From contig JBIIOJ010000003.1 of assembly GCA_044337015.1 (NCBI GenBank), forward strand, positions 1 through 39,258: DNA of 39,258 nucleotides, read 5' to 3'. The notes under the pieces are model-generated. The model was not told where the DNA came from and did no database searches. It was given only the letters and a program-made list of their open reading frames with translations. How positions within the stretch are numbered: the first letter of the stretch is position 1; each line of letters begins with the position of its first letter. This stretch comes from Pirellulales bacterium (GTDB lineage: Bacteria > Planctomycetota > Planctomycetia > Pirellulales > UBA1268). The translations under genes and the position numbers were made by a program. Positions 9,730-17,623 of the stretch are shown here, one piece after another.

Positions 9730-11280
9730 TCACGAGCCCGTGCGGAGCAGGTCTTCGACGCGGCGGATCGCCTCGTCGGCATCCCAGCGGGCGTCGGCCA
9801 TCTGGAGTTGGGATCGGCTCGAAACCCATGAAGCGACGGTTTTGTGGGCGGCGATCACGGTCGAGTGGCTGCGACGGCCGAAGTAGCTGCCGATCTCCGT
9901 GAGGGCCGCCGGGGTGTGCTTCCGCGCGAGGAACATCGCGAGCATCCGCGGGTGGTTCACCCGCTTGGCCCGGCGGGAAGATTGCAGCGAGCCCGTCTCG
10001 AGGCCGAACGCGGAGCAGACCGCCTTCTCGATATCGGCGAGACGGACGCTGCGGACGCTTGCTCGCACGAGGTCGGCGAGCGATTCCTCCGCGAGTCCCC
10101 GGGTCACGGGGACGCCGAGCATGTGGCTCGTGGCCTCGAGCCGGTTCACGGCTCCGGCGAGTTCCCGGGCGGTCCGCGTCATGTGCGTCACGACGAACTC
10201 GACGACGTCTTCCGGCAACCGGAGCCGCTTGCGGTCGGCGATCGCGAGCACGATGCCGCGGCGAACCTCGGCATCTGGCGGGGCGATCCGGGCCGACATG
10301 CCGCCGGAGAGCCTCTGCACGAGGTCTTCCCCGAGGTCGCCGAGGTCGGCGATGTCACGGTCGCAGGAGACGACCAACTGCCGGCCCTGCCGCTGGAGGG
10401 CGTCGATGGTCTGCTGAAACTCCACCGTCGTCGCCCGCTTCCCGAGAAAGAACTGCAGGTCGTCGATGACGAGCAGGTCGACGTTGCGGCAGTTGCGGCG
10501 GAATGCCGGGAGCCCGCCACCATGAAGCGCCTGGAGGAAACTCGTGGTGAACTGCTCGGCCGAAAGGAACAACGCCGAGATGCCAGGATGGCGTTCCCGG
10601 GCCCGATGGCAGCAATGATCGAGCAGGTGCGTCTTTCCCACGCCGCTCGGCCCCTGGACCAGAAGAGGCGAAATTTCCCCGGGACGCTGCACCATGAGGT
10701 CGATCGCGGCGATCGCCATCCGGTTGCTCTCGCCGGCGATGAACGGGCCGAACCGAGGCCCCTGCTTGCGGCCGCTTCGAGGCACTGCTGGATCTCGAGA
10801 CACTGCTGGATCTCGAGACACTGCTGGATTCCGGGCGGGTTCCTCCTGGGCGGACTCCTTGGCCGCCGCGGACGCCGTCCGCTCCTCGCCGGCTGGTCGG
10901 GCCCCACGGCGTTGGACGGGGACGGCATTCACGGCGACTGCGACGGGTTCCCCGGTCTCAGCGTGGCTCTCGGCGGGCTTCGGAGTGGCTGCGTGCTCGG
11001 GACGGGCTTCAGCGGCAGCCGGCAGTGACTTGACCGATTCGGTATCGTCGCAGCGAAACAACACGCCTGCCTCCGCACCGCAGATCGACCTTGCCACCGC
11101 CTCCAACTCGCTCCTGAACGTCTTCCGGATCCAATCGAGCACGAACCCATCGCCCGATTCGACGACGATTCCGCATTCGATCAGACGGAGCCGAACAGAG
11201 CCCCCGAACCACACCTCGAAACGCTGCTGCCCGATCCTCGCTACGAGTTCCGATTCAACCGAAATCCCGCACGACGACAT
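9730..11280 (-). CDS. dnaA: Chromosomal replication initiator DnaA (paralogue not linked to dnaN)
   Basis: Domain I RFEVWF; Walker A GPSGVGKTHL; Walker B LLVIDDLQ; sensor II ARELAG; domain IV PRMLAMFLARKHT...IGSYFGRRSHSTV; start at 11280 or 11295. Confidence 0.9.
   Translation of the reverse strand: MSSCGISVESELVARIGQQRFEVWFGGSVRLRLIECGIVVESGDGFVLDWIRKTFRSELEAVARSICGAEAGVLFRCDDTESVKSLPAAAEARPEHAATPKPAESHAETGEPVAVAVNAVPVQRRGARPAGEERTASAAAKESAQEEPARNPAVSRDPAVSRDPAVPRSGRKQGPRFGPFIAGESNRMAIAAIDLMVQRPGEISPLLVQGPSGVGKTHLLDHCCHRARERHPGISALFLSAEQFTTSFLQALHGGGLPAFRRNCRNVDLLVIDDLQFFLGKRATTVEFQQTIDALQRQGRQLVVSCDRDIADLGDLGEDLVQRLSGGMSARIAPPDAEVRRGIVLAIADRKRLRLPEDVVEFVVTHMTRTARELAGAVNRLEATSHMLGVPVTRGLAEESLADLVRASVRSVRLADIEKAVCSAFGLETGSLQSSRRAKRVNHPRMLAMFLARKHTPAALTEIGSYFGRRSHSTVIAAHKTVASWVSSRSQLQMADARWDADEAIRRVEDLLRTGS
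10777..10829. repeat. In-frame 18-bp tandem repeat (about 2.9 units) in the DnaA domain II linker
   Basis: cactgctggatctcgaga at 10783-10800 and 10801-10818 plus partial units; encodes NPAVSR-DPAVSR-DPAVPR. Confidence 0.9.
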
Positions 11281-11390
11281 CGCGGAGCCTCGCATCCATG
11301 CACGACCCGGCTTCCCTGCCGGCTTTCCCTCCTCAGCGGACGATCCTTCGAACGCGACGGCTGGTCACCGTCCGTCCGTGAGTGAGGCGG

Positions 11391-11418
11391 ATTGTAGGAG
11401 TGCTTGCAGTGCTGTCAA
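11391..11418 (-). promoter_or_regulatory. Near-consensus sigma70 promoter for dnaA
   Basis: Minus strand TTGACA (11418-11413), 16 nt spacer, TACAAT (11396-11391), about 110 nt upstream of the dnaA start. Confidence 0.7.
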
Positions 11419-11588
11419 ACCTCCACGCGTTCGCTTCGGGACCACGTCGCATGCCTCTTCAAACGCGATCGATTTTCCGCGACTGCGGCGGTCGAAGACG
11501 GTGGAAAACCTGTCCGGAGGCACCCTTCGTGCCGAACCCTGTCGCAACGTATACTGCTGGCCGTAACTTCCTTTGAAGGGCGGCTCCC

Positions 11589-12656
11589 ATGACGGCGAAT
11601 TTCTCCATAAGCGGCCGATCTTTTCGCAGACTTCGGGACGGATTCCGATTCGCCGTGGCGGTCGTGATCTTCACCTTTCCATGCGACCGGGGCCGCGGGG
11701 AAGAGAATTCCTCGAAAGCCTTCGGGCCCCCGGGCTGGCTTGGGCTCGCGATCGACGATTCGCTCGTGCCCGGAAGGCTCGTCGTCGTCGAGGTCGACGC
11801 CTCCGGTCCGGCCGCCAAGTCGGGCGTGCGAGTGCAGGATATGGTGCTCGCGATCGACGGCGAGCCGACACTCGATGCAGAGCGTTTCGCCGCGGCGATC
11901 GCGACGATCGGTCCGGGTGACACCGTGCGGTTCTCCATCGGCAGGGGCGGCACGGTCGAGGAAATCACAATGACCGCCGACGATCCGCCCCCGGCCCCCC
12001 CTTCCCCGCCCCGTTCGTCATTCGGCCAGCCCCCTTCCCAGTTTCCAAGTGGGATCGACCCCGCAGCAACGACACTGGACCCCGCAGCCGCGGCCGCTGC
12101 TCCGCAGTCCGCAGGCGTGGTACCGCCCTCCGTGTCCGTGCCGGCGTTTTCCGAACCAAGGCCGTCCGAACTGAAACCGGCCCAGGATCGGTGGCAGGGC
12201 TCGATGGGCAGCGTCCCGCCCGCCCGAACGCCTCCGTCGGAAAGCGGCCGGGGCAAGACCGCGCTGGGAGTCAGGACCGTGCCAGTCGACCCGGTCGTTC
12301 AAGCCCGCTACAGCCTGCCCGAACCCATTGGGGCGCTCGTCGTCGGCCTCGTGGAAGACCTGCCCGCCTCCCGCGCCGGCCTGCCGACGGGGAGCGTGAT
12401 CGTGGCGTTCGACCGACAGCCCGTGCGTTCGCCGATGGAACTCACAAAGCTCGTCAGCGAGGGACCGACAGACCGGCCCGTGACGCTCGAGTACATCTTG
12501 CCGGGAGGTGAATCGAGGGCCGCCGATGTTTCGCTCGTGAGCGTGGCTGGCGCAGGAAACGGCATCAGTGCGGAGATCCACGAACTGCGTCGCGCGATCG
12601 AGTCGTTCACGAAGCGGCTCGACGAACTCGAAAGGCGAGCCATTGAGAACCGCTGA
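11589..12656 (+). CDS. Exported protein with two PDZ domains, Pro-rich linker and C-terminal coiled-coil-like tail
   Basis: GWLGL..VVVEVDASGPAAKSGVRVQDMVLAIDG and ALGVR..VVGLVEDLPASRAGLPTGSVIVAFD PDZ patterns; no protease motif seen. Confidence 0.75.
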   Translation: MTANFSISGRSFRRLRDGFRFAVAVVIFTFPCDRGRGEENSSKAFGPPGWLGLAIDDSLVPGRLVVVEVDASGPAAKSGVRVQDMVLAIDGEPTLDAERFAAAIATIGPGDTVRFSIGRGGTVEEITMTADDPPPAPPSPPRSSFGQPPSQFPSGIDPAATTLDPAAAAAAPQSAGVVPPSVSVPAFSEPRPSELKPAQDRWQGSMGSVPPARTPPSESGRGKTALGVRTVPVDPVVQARYSLPEPIGALVVGLVEDLPASRAGLPTGSVIVAFDRQPVRSPMELTKLVSEGPTDRPVTLEYILPGGESRAADVSLVSVAGAGNGISAEIHELRRAIESFTKRLDELERRAIENR

Positions 12657-12683
12657 CGACCCTGAGAACCGCTGACGACCCTG
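12644..12683 (+). repeat. Perfect 19-bp tandem duplication spanning the PDZ gene stop codon
   Basis: tgagaaccgctgacgaccc twice (12644-12662, 12663-12681). Confidence 0.9.
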
Positions 12684-12705
12684 TCGCGACCGACAGATTT
12701 CTCTA

Positions 12706-12734
12706 CTGACAATCCCGCGGGCGTAGTTCATACT
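12706..12734 (+). promoter_or_regulatory. Candidate sigma70-type promoter for the leader ORF / dab operon
   Basis: CTGACA (12706-12711), 17 nt spacer, CATACT (12729-12734), about 30 nt upstream of the leader ORF GTG. Confidence 0.45.
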
Positions 12735-12766
12735 CGATCGGTCCAGGAAATCTCTGGGACGGTTTC

Positions 12767-13102
12767 GTGACAGCCTGTCGCACAACTCTTTTGCTCACCG
12801 TGGTGGCGGCGACGTTGCTCGCCGGGCTCTTCAAGGCCGCCTCTGTTGACGACCAACGCGCGGGCGTTGGTCGGTCGCAGTCCTACGACCTCGACGCGGC
12901 GGCCCTTGAGAAGTCGGTCGATGTCGAGGTCGATGCCGACGACGACGGCTCCCATGACCGAGCGTGGGATTCCTTCGGCCCAACCGTAGCGCTGCCGGCG
13001 AAGGCCTCGAGTGGCCGACTCACACTCGCCCAGGCGGACGCCGCTCCGCGGCAGCCCCTTCTCGCGACCTCTTCCGTCCGCGGCCCTCCCTGCCGCGGTT
13101 GA
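12767..13102 (+). CDS. Putative leader / ribosome-arrest peptide (N-terminal hydrophobic segment, C-terminal RGPP)
   Basis: 111 aa ORF filling the gap before dabA; TLLLTVVAATLLAGLF, acidic DVEVDADDD spacer, ends SSVRGPPCRG-stop. Confidence 0.6.
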   Translation: MTACRTTLLLTVVAATLLAGLFKAASVDDQRAGVGRSQSYDLDAAALEKSVDVEVDADDDGSHDRAWDSFGPTVALPAKASSGRLTLAQADAAPRQPLLATSSVRGPPCRG

Positions 13103-13208
13103 GCCTCCGGCGCCGCCCCACGCATCGGTCCGCGTGGATGCAGCGTCCGTTTTCCGGGGCGGCCGCGCGCCCGGATTCTTCGGCACACCACTGGACGTTT
13201 CCGCCCGC

Positions 13209-16200
13209 ATGCCCTCCCTCGACGACAAACGCGACGAAGTGGCTCGGCTCATCGCCGAGGCGGCGAGATTCCTGCCGCCACAGGGGCCGATCGACGCGTT
13301 CGTCGCACAGAACACTCTGCAGGGCTTCGAGGACCTGCCATTCGAGGAGGCCGTCATCCGGGCGGCGACGCTCCATGACACGGAGCCCTTCCTTCCCGAG
13401 AGCCGCTACCGCGAAGAACTCGCCCGGGGCCGGATTCGCGCCGCCGACATCGACGCGGTACTCGCCGCGGACCTCGGCGACCGTCGGTTCGAACCCCTGG
13501 CCGGCGGCCGGATCACGCTCGGCGAACTCTGCCGCCAGATTCTCCTGCACGGCGTGCGGCTGGAGAGCGACGCCGCCGTCCGCTGGACGCTCACGGAGAG
13601 CCCGGCCATCGAGCGACTGCGGCCCGACCTCGACGAGACCGCGCGCGAGAGACTCATGGGCGTCGGCCACGCCGCCGGGGCGGCGACCGACATCGATGCC
13701 GAAAGGAACGTCACCAGCGAACTGTGGCATGCCTGCGTCGAGACAACGTCGCGGACCCGCCCTTCGGTCGTGCACGGCCGCCCGCCGGTCCGGCATCGCG
13801 ACCTGCTCCTCGCCGTCGATCCCTCGCTCGACACCGACGCCCTCGTGCATCCGCTGCTTATCCGTCTCGTGGCGGCGTATCTCGACCAGGGCGTGGCGGC
13901 GTGGGCGATGCCGGACCGGGATCGCGGCCTGCTGTCAGCCGTGGCGGACCTCGTGGGTCGCGGAGGCGTGCTGCCGGAGGGATGGACGCGGCCGCTGCCA
14001 GATCGCATGCGGGCGGTTTCCGCCGCGTGCGGTCCCGGACTGCCGCCCGAGTCGATCTCGCTCGACGTGATCGCAGCGGAGCTCGAGGTCCTGGGCATCC
14101 CGCGACCATCGTGGCCCGACCACATCGCTCGATCGCTCGTGGCGCTGCGTGGCTGGGCCGGCATGGTGCGGCAGCTGGAGATCCGCCCCGACCGCGCGCC
14201 GGTCGTCCGGTTGCCGGTCAGGCTCGCCGACTTCCTCGCGCTGCGACTCCTGCTCGACCGTGCGGCCACCGAGTGGGCGCTCGGGCGTCGTGGCTTCCCG
14301 ATCGCCGCTGACGGTGCCGGCGACACCGGCCTCGGTGCGGCATGGGTCGAACTCCGCGACCGCCATCCTCCGCGACGTGGGCCGGGCAGCCTGGCCCGTG
14401 GGCTATTGCTTCACCAAGTATCGCAGCTCGTGGGGCTCACCCCGGCGGACATCCAGTCGCTCGACGACGACGATCTCGTCGATCTCGAGCGGGCGATCGC
14501 CGCCTTCGACGCGGTCTCGCGACGGCGACTCTTCCACATCGCCTACGAGCGGCGGCACGCGACCGAGGTGCTCGACGCACTGGCCGCGCATGCCACCACC
14601 GGCAACGCCTCGCGGAGCGGCCGGCCCCGGGTGCAGGCGGTGCTGTGCATCGACGACCGCTGCGAGTCGTTCCGACGCTATCTCGAGGAGGCGGATCCCG
14701 CGGTCGAGACCTTCGGTGCGGCCGGATTTTTCTCCGTGCCGATGTACTACCGCGGCATCGATGACTGGCACACGATCCCGCTCTGCCCGATCGTGATTCG
14801 TCCAGCGCACACCGTGACCGAGGTGCCCAAGGAAGGAGCGGCGGCGCTCAACCGCCGAAGGCAGTCGCGGCGGCGACTGCTCGCACGACTTCGCGGCGGC
14901 GCGGAAAGCGGCAGCCGCACGCTCTTCCGCGGAGGCCTGTTCACGTCGATCGGCGGAGCGCTCGCGGCCGTGCCGCTCGTGGCCCGGGTCGTCTTCCCGC
15001 GGCTCACGGCCCGCGCCGCGAGTCATGCCGCCGACGTCGCCCGGCGTGGGATCCGCACGCGACTGGAGCTGTTGCGGCAGGTCGATGTCCGCCTGCCCGA
15101 TGGCACCCTCGCCGGCTTCGAGGTCGCCGAGATGGCGGCCATGGTCCGTCGCCTACTGGAGGACATCGGGCTCACGCGAGGGTTCGCGCCGCTCGTTGCC
15201 GTGATCGGCCACGGCTCGACGAGCCTCAACAACCCGCACGAAAGCGCCTACGATTGCGGAGCCTGCGGCGGCGGCCGCGGTGGCCCCAACGCCCGGGCAT
15301 TCGCGCTGATGGCCAACGACCCGGCCGTCCGCACGGCGCTCGCGGCCGGCGGACTGGAGATCCCCACCCACACGGTGTTCCTGGGCGGCATGCTCGACAC
15401 CTGCACGAGCCGCGTGCAGTGGTTTGATCTCGATCGCGTTCCGCCCAGCCACGCCGAGGCCTTGTCGCGCTGGCTGGCCGATTGCACCCGCGCCGGATCG
15501 CTCGACGCCCGGGAGCGATGCCGCCGGTTCGATTCGGTGCCGCTCGACGTGTCGCCCGACGAAGCGCTTCGCCGCGTCGAGGGACGAGCCGGTGACCTCG
15601 CCCAGGTGCGGCCCGAGTACGGCCATGCGACCACCGCCGTCTGCATCGTCGGCCCGCGGAGCCTGACCCGCGGCCTCTACCTCGACCGCCGCGCGTTCCT
15701 GGTTTCCTACGATCCGTCCGCCGACGCCGACGGTGCGGTCCTCGAGCGGTCGCTCGCGGCGGTGGGGCCCGTCTGCGGCGGCATCAACCTCGCCTACCTG
15801 TTCTCCCGCGTCGATCCAGTGGGCTACGGCGCCGGCACGAAGCTGCCGCACAACATCACGGGGCTCATCGGCGTCATGGACGGTCATTGCAGCGACCTGC
15901 GGACCGGTCTGCCGCTGCAGGGCGTCGAGATCCACGAGCCGGTGAGGCTCCTGCTCGTGATCGACGCGCCCACGGACCGCATCCGCGACGCGATCGGCCG
16001 CTTGCCCGCGGTGCGGCGACTTGTCGAGAACCAGTGGGTGCGCACCGTGGCACGTGATCCGGCAACCGGTCGGCTGGCCACGTTCTCTGCGACGAACGGC
16101 GGCAGGTTCGTGCCTTACGAGCCCGAGAGCCTCACGATCGCGACGGCACCTGACTCGACCTCCTGGTATCGCGGCCGTCGCGACAACGTCCCGCCAGCCC

Positions 16201-16241
16201 GGATCATCGCCGGCTCGATCACCCCGGACACCGCACCATGA
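13209..16241 (+). CDS. dabA: DabA / DUF2309 (UPF0753, MpsB-like) beta-carbonic-anhydrase-like subunit of an inorganic carbon pump
   Basis: LPPQGPIDAFVAQNTLQGFE, GWAGM, CIDDRCESFRRYLE, ETFGAAGFF, GHGSTSLNNPHESAYDCGACGG, AQVRPEYG, LDRRAFLVSYD, DLRTGLP, HEPVRL; putative Zn ligands C480, D482, H668, C683. Confidence 0.92.
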   Translation: MPSLDDKRDEVARLIAEAARFLPPQGPIDAFVAQNTLQGFEDLPFEEAVIRAATLHDTEPFLPESRYREELARGRIRAADIDAVLAADLGDRRFEPLAGGRITLGELCRQILLHGVRLESDAAVRWTLTESPAIERLRPDLDETARERLMGVGHAAGAATDIDAERNVTSELWHACVETTSRTRPSVVHGRPPVRHRDLLLAVDPSLDTDALVHPLLIRLVAAYLDQGVAAWAMPDRDRGLLSAVADLVGRGGVLPEGWTRPLPDRMRAVSAACGPGLPPESISLDVIAAELEVLGIPRPSWPDHIARSLVALRGWAGMVRQLEIRPDRAPVVRLPVRLADFLALRLLLDRAATEWALGRRGFPIAADGAGDTGLGAAWVELRDRHPPRRGPGSLARGLLLHQVSQLVGLTPADIQSLDDDDLVDLERAIAAFDAVSRRRLFHIAYERRHATEVLDALAAHATTGNASRSGRPRVQAVLCIDDRCESFRRYLEEADPAVETFGAAGFFSVPMYYRGIDDWHTIPLCPIVIRPAHTVTEVPKEGAAALNRRRQSRRRLLARLRGGAESGSRTLFRGGLFTSIGGALAAVPLVARVVFPRLTARAASHAADVARRGIRTRLELLRQVDVRLPDGTLAGFEVAEMAAMVRRLLEDIGLTRGFAPLVAVIGHGSTSLNNPHESAYDCGACGGGRGGPNARAFALMANDPAVRTALAAGGLEIPTHTVFLGGMLDTCTSRVQWFDLDRVPPSHAEALSRWLADCTRAGSLDARERCRRFDSVPLDVSPDEALRRVEGRAGDLAQVRPEYGHATTAVCIVGPRSLTRGLYLDRRAFLVSYDPSADADGAVLERSLAAVGPVCGGINLAYLFSRVDPVGYGAGTKLPHNITGLIGVMDGHCSDLRTGLPLQGVEIHEPVRLLLVIDAPTDRIRDAIGRLPAVRRLVENQWVRTVARDPATGRLATFSATNGGRFVPYEPESLTIATAPDSTSWYRGRRDNVPPARIIAGSITPDTAP

Positions 16242-17623
16242 CAGCCGCCGAGATTGCCTTCCTCCACGACGCGGTCGCCGGCCTCGTCATCTGGCAGCTT
16301 GCCGCCCCCGCCGCGGCGCTCGTGGCGATCGGCCTGCCGGCCCTGATCGGGCGGCCGCTGCCCGAGCGGGCGACGACCTGGATTGTCGGTGCCGGCTTCA
16401 CGACCGGTTTCCTCGCGGCCGTCGCCACGCTCGCCGCGCTCGCCGCCCGTGGCTTCGTGCCCGAGGTGGTGCACCTCGGCAGCCTCTTCACCGCCAATCA
16501 CCACGCCGCCACGATCGAACTCGTGGCCGACAGCCTTTCGGTGCCCTACGTCTGCTTCGCGACCGGCCTCTGCGGGCTCGTCAACGCCTTCGCCGGCAAG
16601 TACCTGCACCGCGAGCCCGGTTTCACCAGATTCTTCATCCTTCTGGCGCTCTTCGGAACCGGCATGAACCTGATGGTGCTCGCCGGGAGCATCGACGTGT
16701 TGTTCGCCGGCTGGGAGTTTCTGGGGATCTCGTCGGCCCTCCTGATCGGGTTTTTCCACGAGCGGCGCAACGCCGTCGATGCAGCCCTGCGGGCCTTCAC
16801 GACCTATCGCGTCTGCGACGTCGGCCTGCTCGCCGCCGGCGTGGTCATCCACCAAGCGGCAGGCAGCGGCGACTTCACCCAGGTCTTCGCCGGCACGTGG
16901 CCGAACGCCAGCTGCCTCCTGCCCCACGCCACGGCGACGCTCCTCGGCCTGCTCCTGGTCTTCGCGGCGCTTGGCAAGAGCGGCCAGGTGCCGTTCACGG
17001 GCTGGCTGCCGCGGGCCATGGAGGGTCCCACGCCGTCGAGCGCCATCTTCTACGGCGCCCTGTCGATCCACGCCGGTGCCTACTTGCTCCTGCGGTGCGA
17101 GGCGGTGCTCGACGCGGCGCCGGTGGTGGCGTGGCTGCTCCTGGCGATCGGCGTTGCCACGGCCATCCACGGCGCGGTCGTGGGCAGCGTGCAGACCGAC
17201 CTCAAGGGCATGCTCGCCTATGCGTCGATGACGCAGGCGGGGATCATCCTCGCCGAGATCGGACTCGGCCTGCGCTTGGTGCCTCTCGTCCACGTGGTGA
17301 GCCACGCGATCCTCCGCAGCCTGCAGATCCTGCGGTCGCCGTCGGCGATGCACGACCGCCACGAACTCGCCGCCGCGCTCGGCGGGCATCCCGGGCCATC
17401 GACATCGACCGTGCTCCGGCTCTTGCCCGCGGGCGTGGTGAAGCGGCTCTACCGGGTGGCGCTCGACCGCGGGCTCGACGAGCCGCTGGTCGCCAGGTTC
17501 GTGGTGCGGCCGGTGCGGGCCACGCTCGAGGCCGCCGCGGCCGCGGAGCGTCGCTGGGTGGAGTTCCTCGGCGGGGCGGCGGTCGGCTCCCCGCACCGCG
17601 GCGACGACGGAGGTCCAGCATGA
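16238..17623 (+). CDS. dabB: DabB / NuoL(ND5)-like proton-conducting membrane subunit
   Basis: KYLHREPGFTRF, FAGWEFLGISS, YRVCDVG, GKSGQVPFTGWLPRAMEGPTPSSA, DLKGMLAYASMTQ; ATGA overlap with dabA; 461 aa. Confidence 0.88.
   Translation: MTAAEIAFLHDAVAGLVIWQLAAPAAALVAIGLPALIGRPLPERATTWIVGAGFTTGFLAAVATLAALAARGFVPEVVHLGSLFTANHHAATIELVADSLSVPYVCFATGLCGLVNAFAGKYLHREPGFTRFFILLALFGTGMNLMVLAGSIDVLFAGWEFLGISSALLIGFFHERRNAVDAALRAFTTYRVCDVGLLAAGVVIHQAAGSGDFTQVFAGTWPNASCLLPHATATLLGLLLVFAALGKSGQVPFTGWLPRAMEGPTPSSAIFYGALSIHAGAYLLLRCEAVLDAAPVVAWLLLAIGVATAIHGAVVGSVQTDLKGMLAYASMTQAGIILAEIGLGLRLVPLVHVVSHAILRSLQILRSPSAMHDRHELAAALGGHPGPSTSTVLRLLPAGVVKRLYRVALDRGLDEPLVARFVVRPVRATLEAAAAAERRWVEFLGGAAVGSPHRGDDGGPA

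Noticed and set aside
11296-11588. oriC next to dnaA
   Set aside because: No cluster of consensus DnaA boxes and no AT-rich unwinding element were seen.
13011-13208. N-terminal extension of dabA in the ORF track
   Set aside because: It is low-complexity, overlaps the leader ORF, and family-like sequence begins only after the ATG at 13209. It cannot be fully excluded without proteomics.
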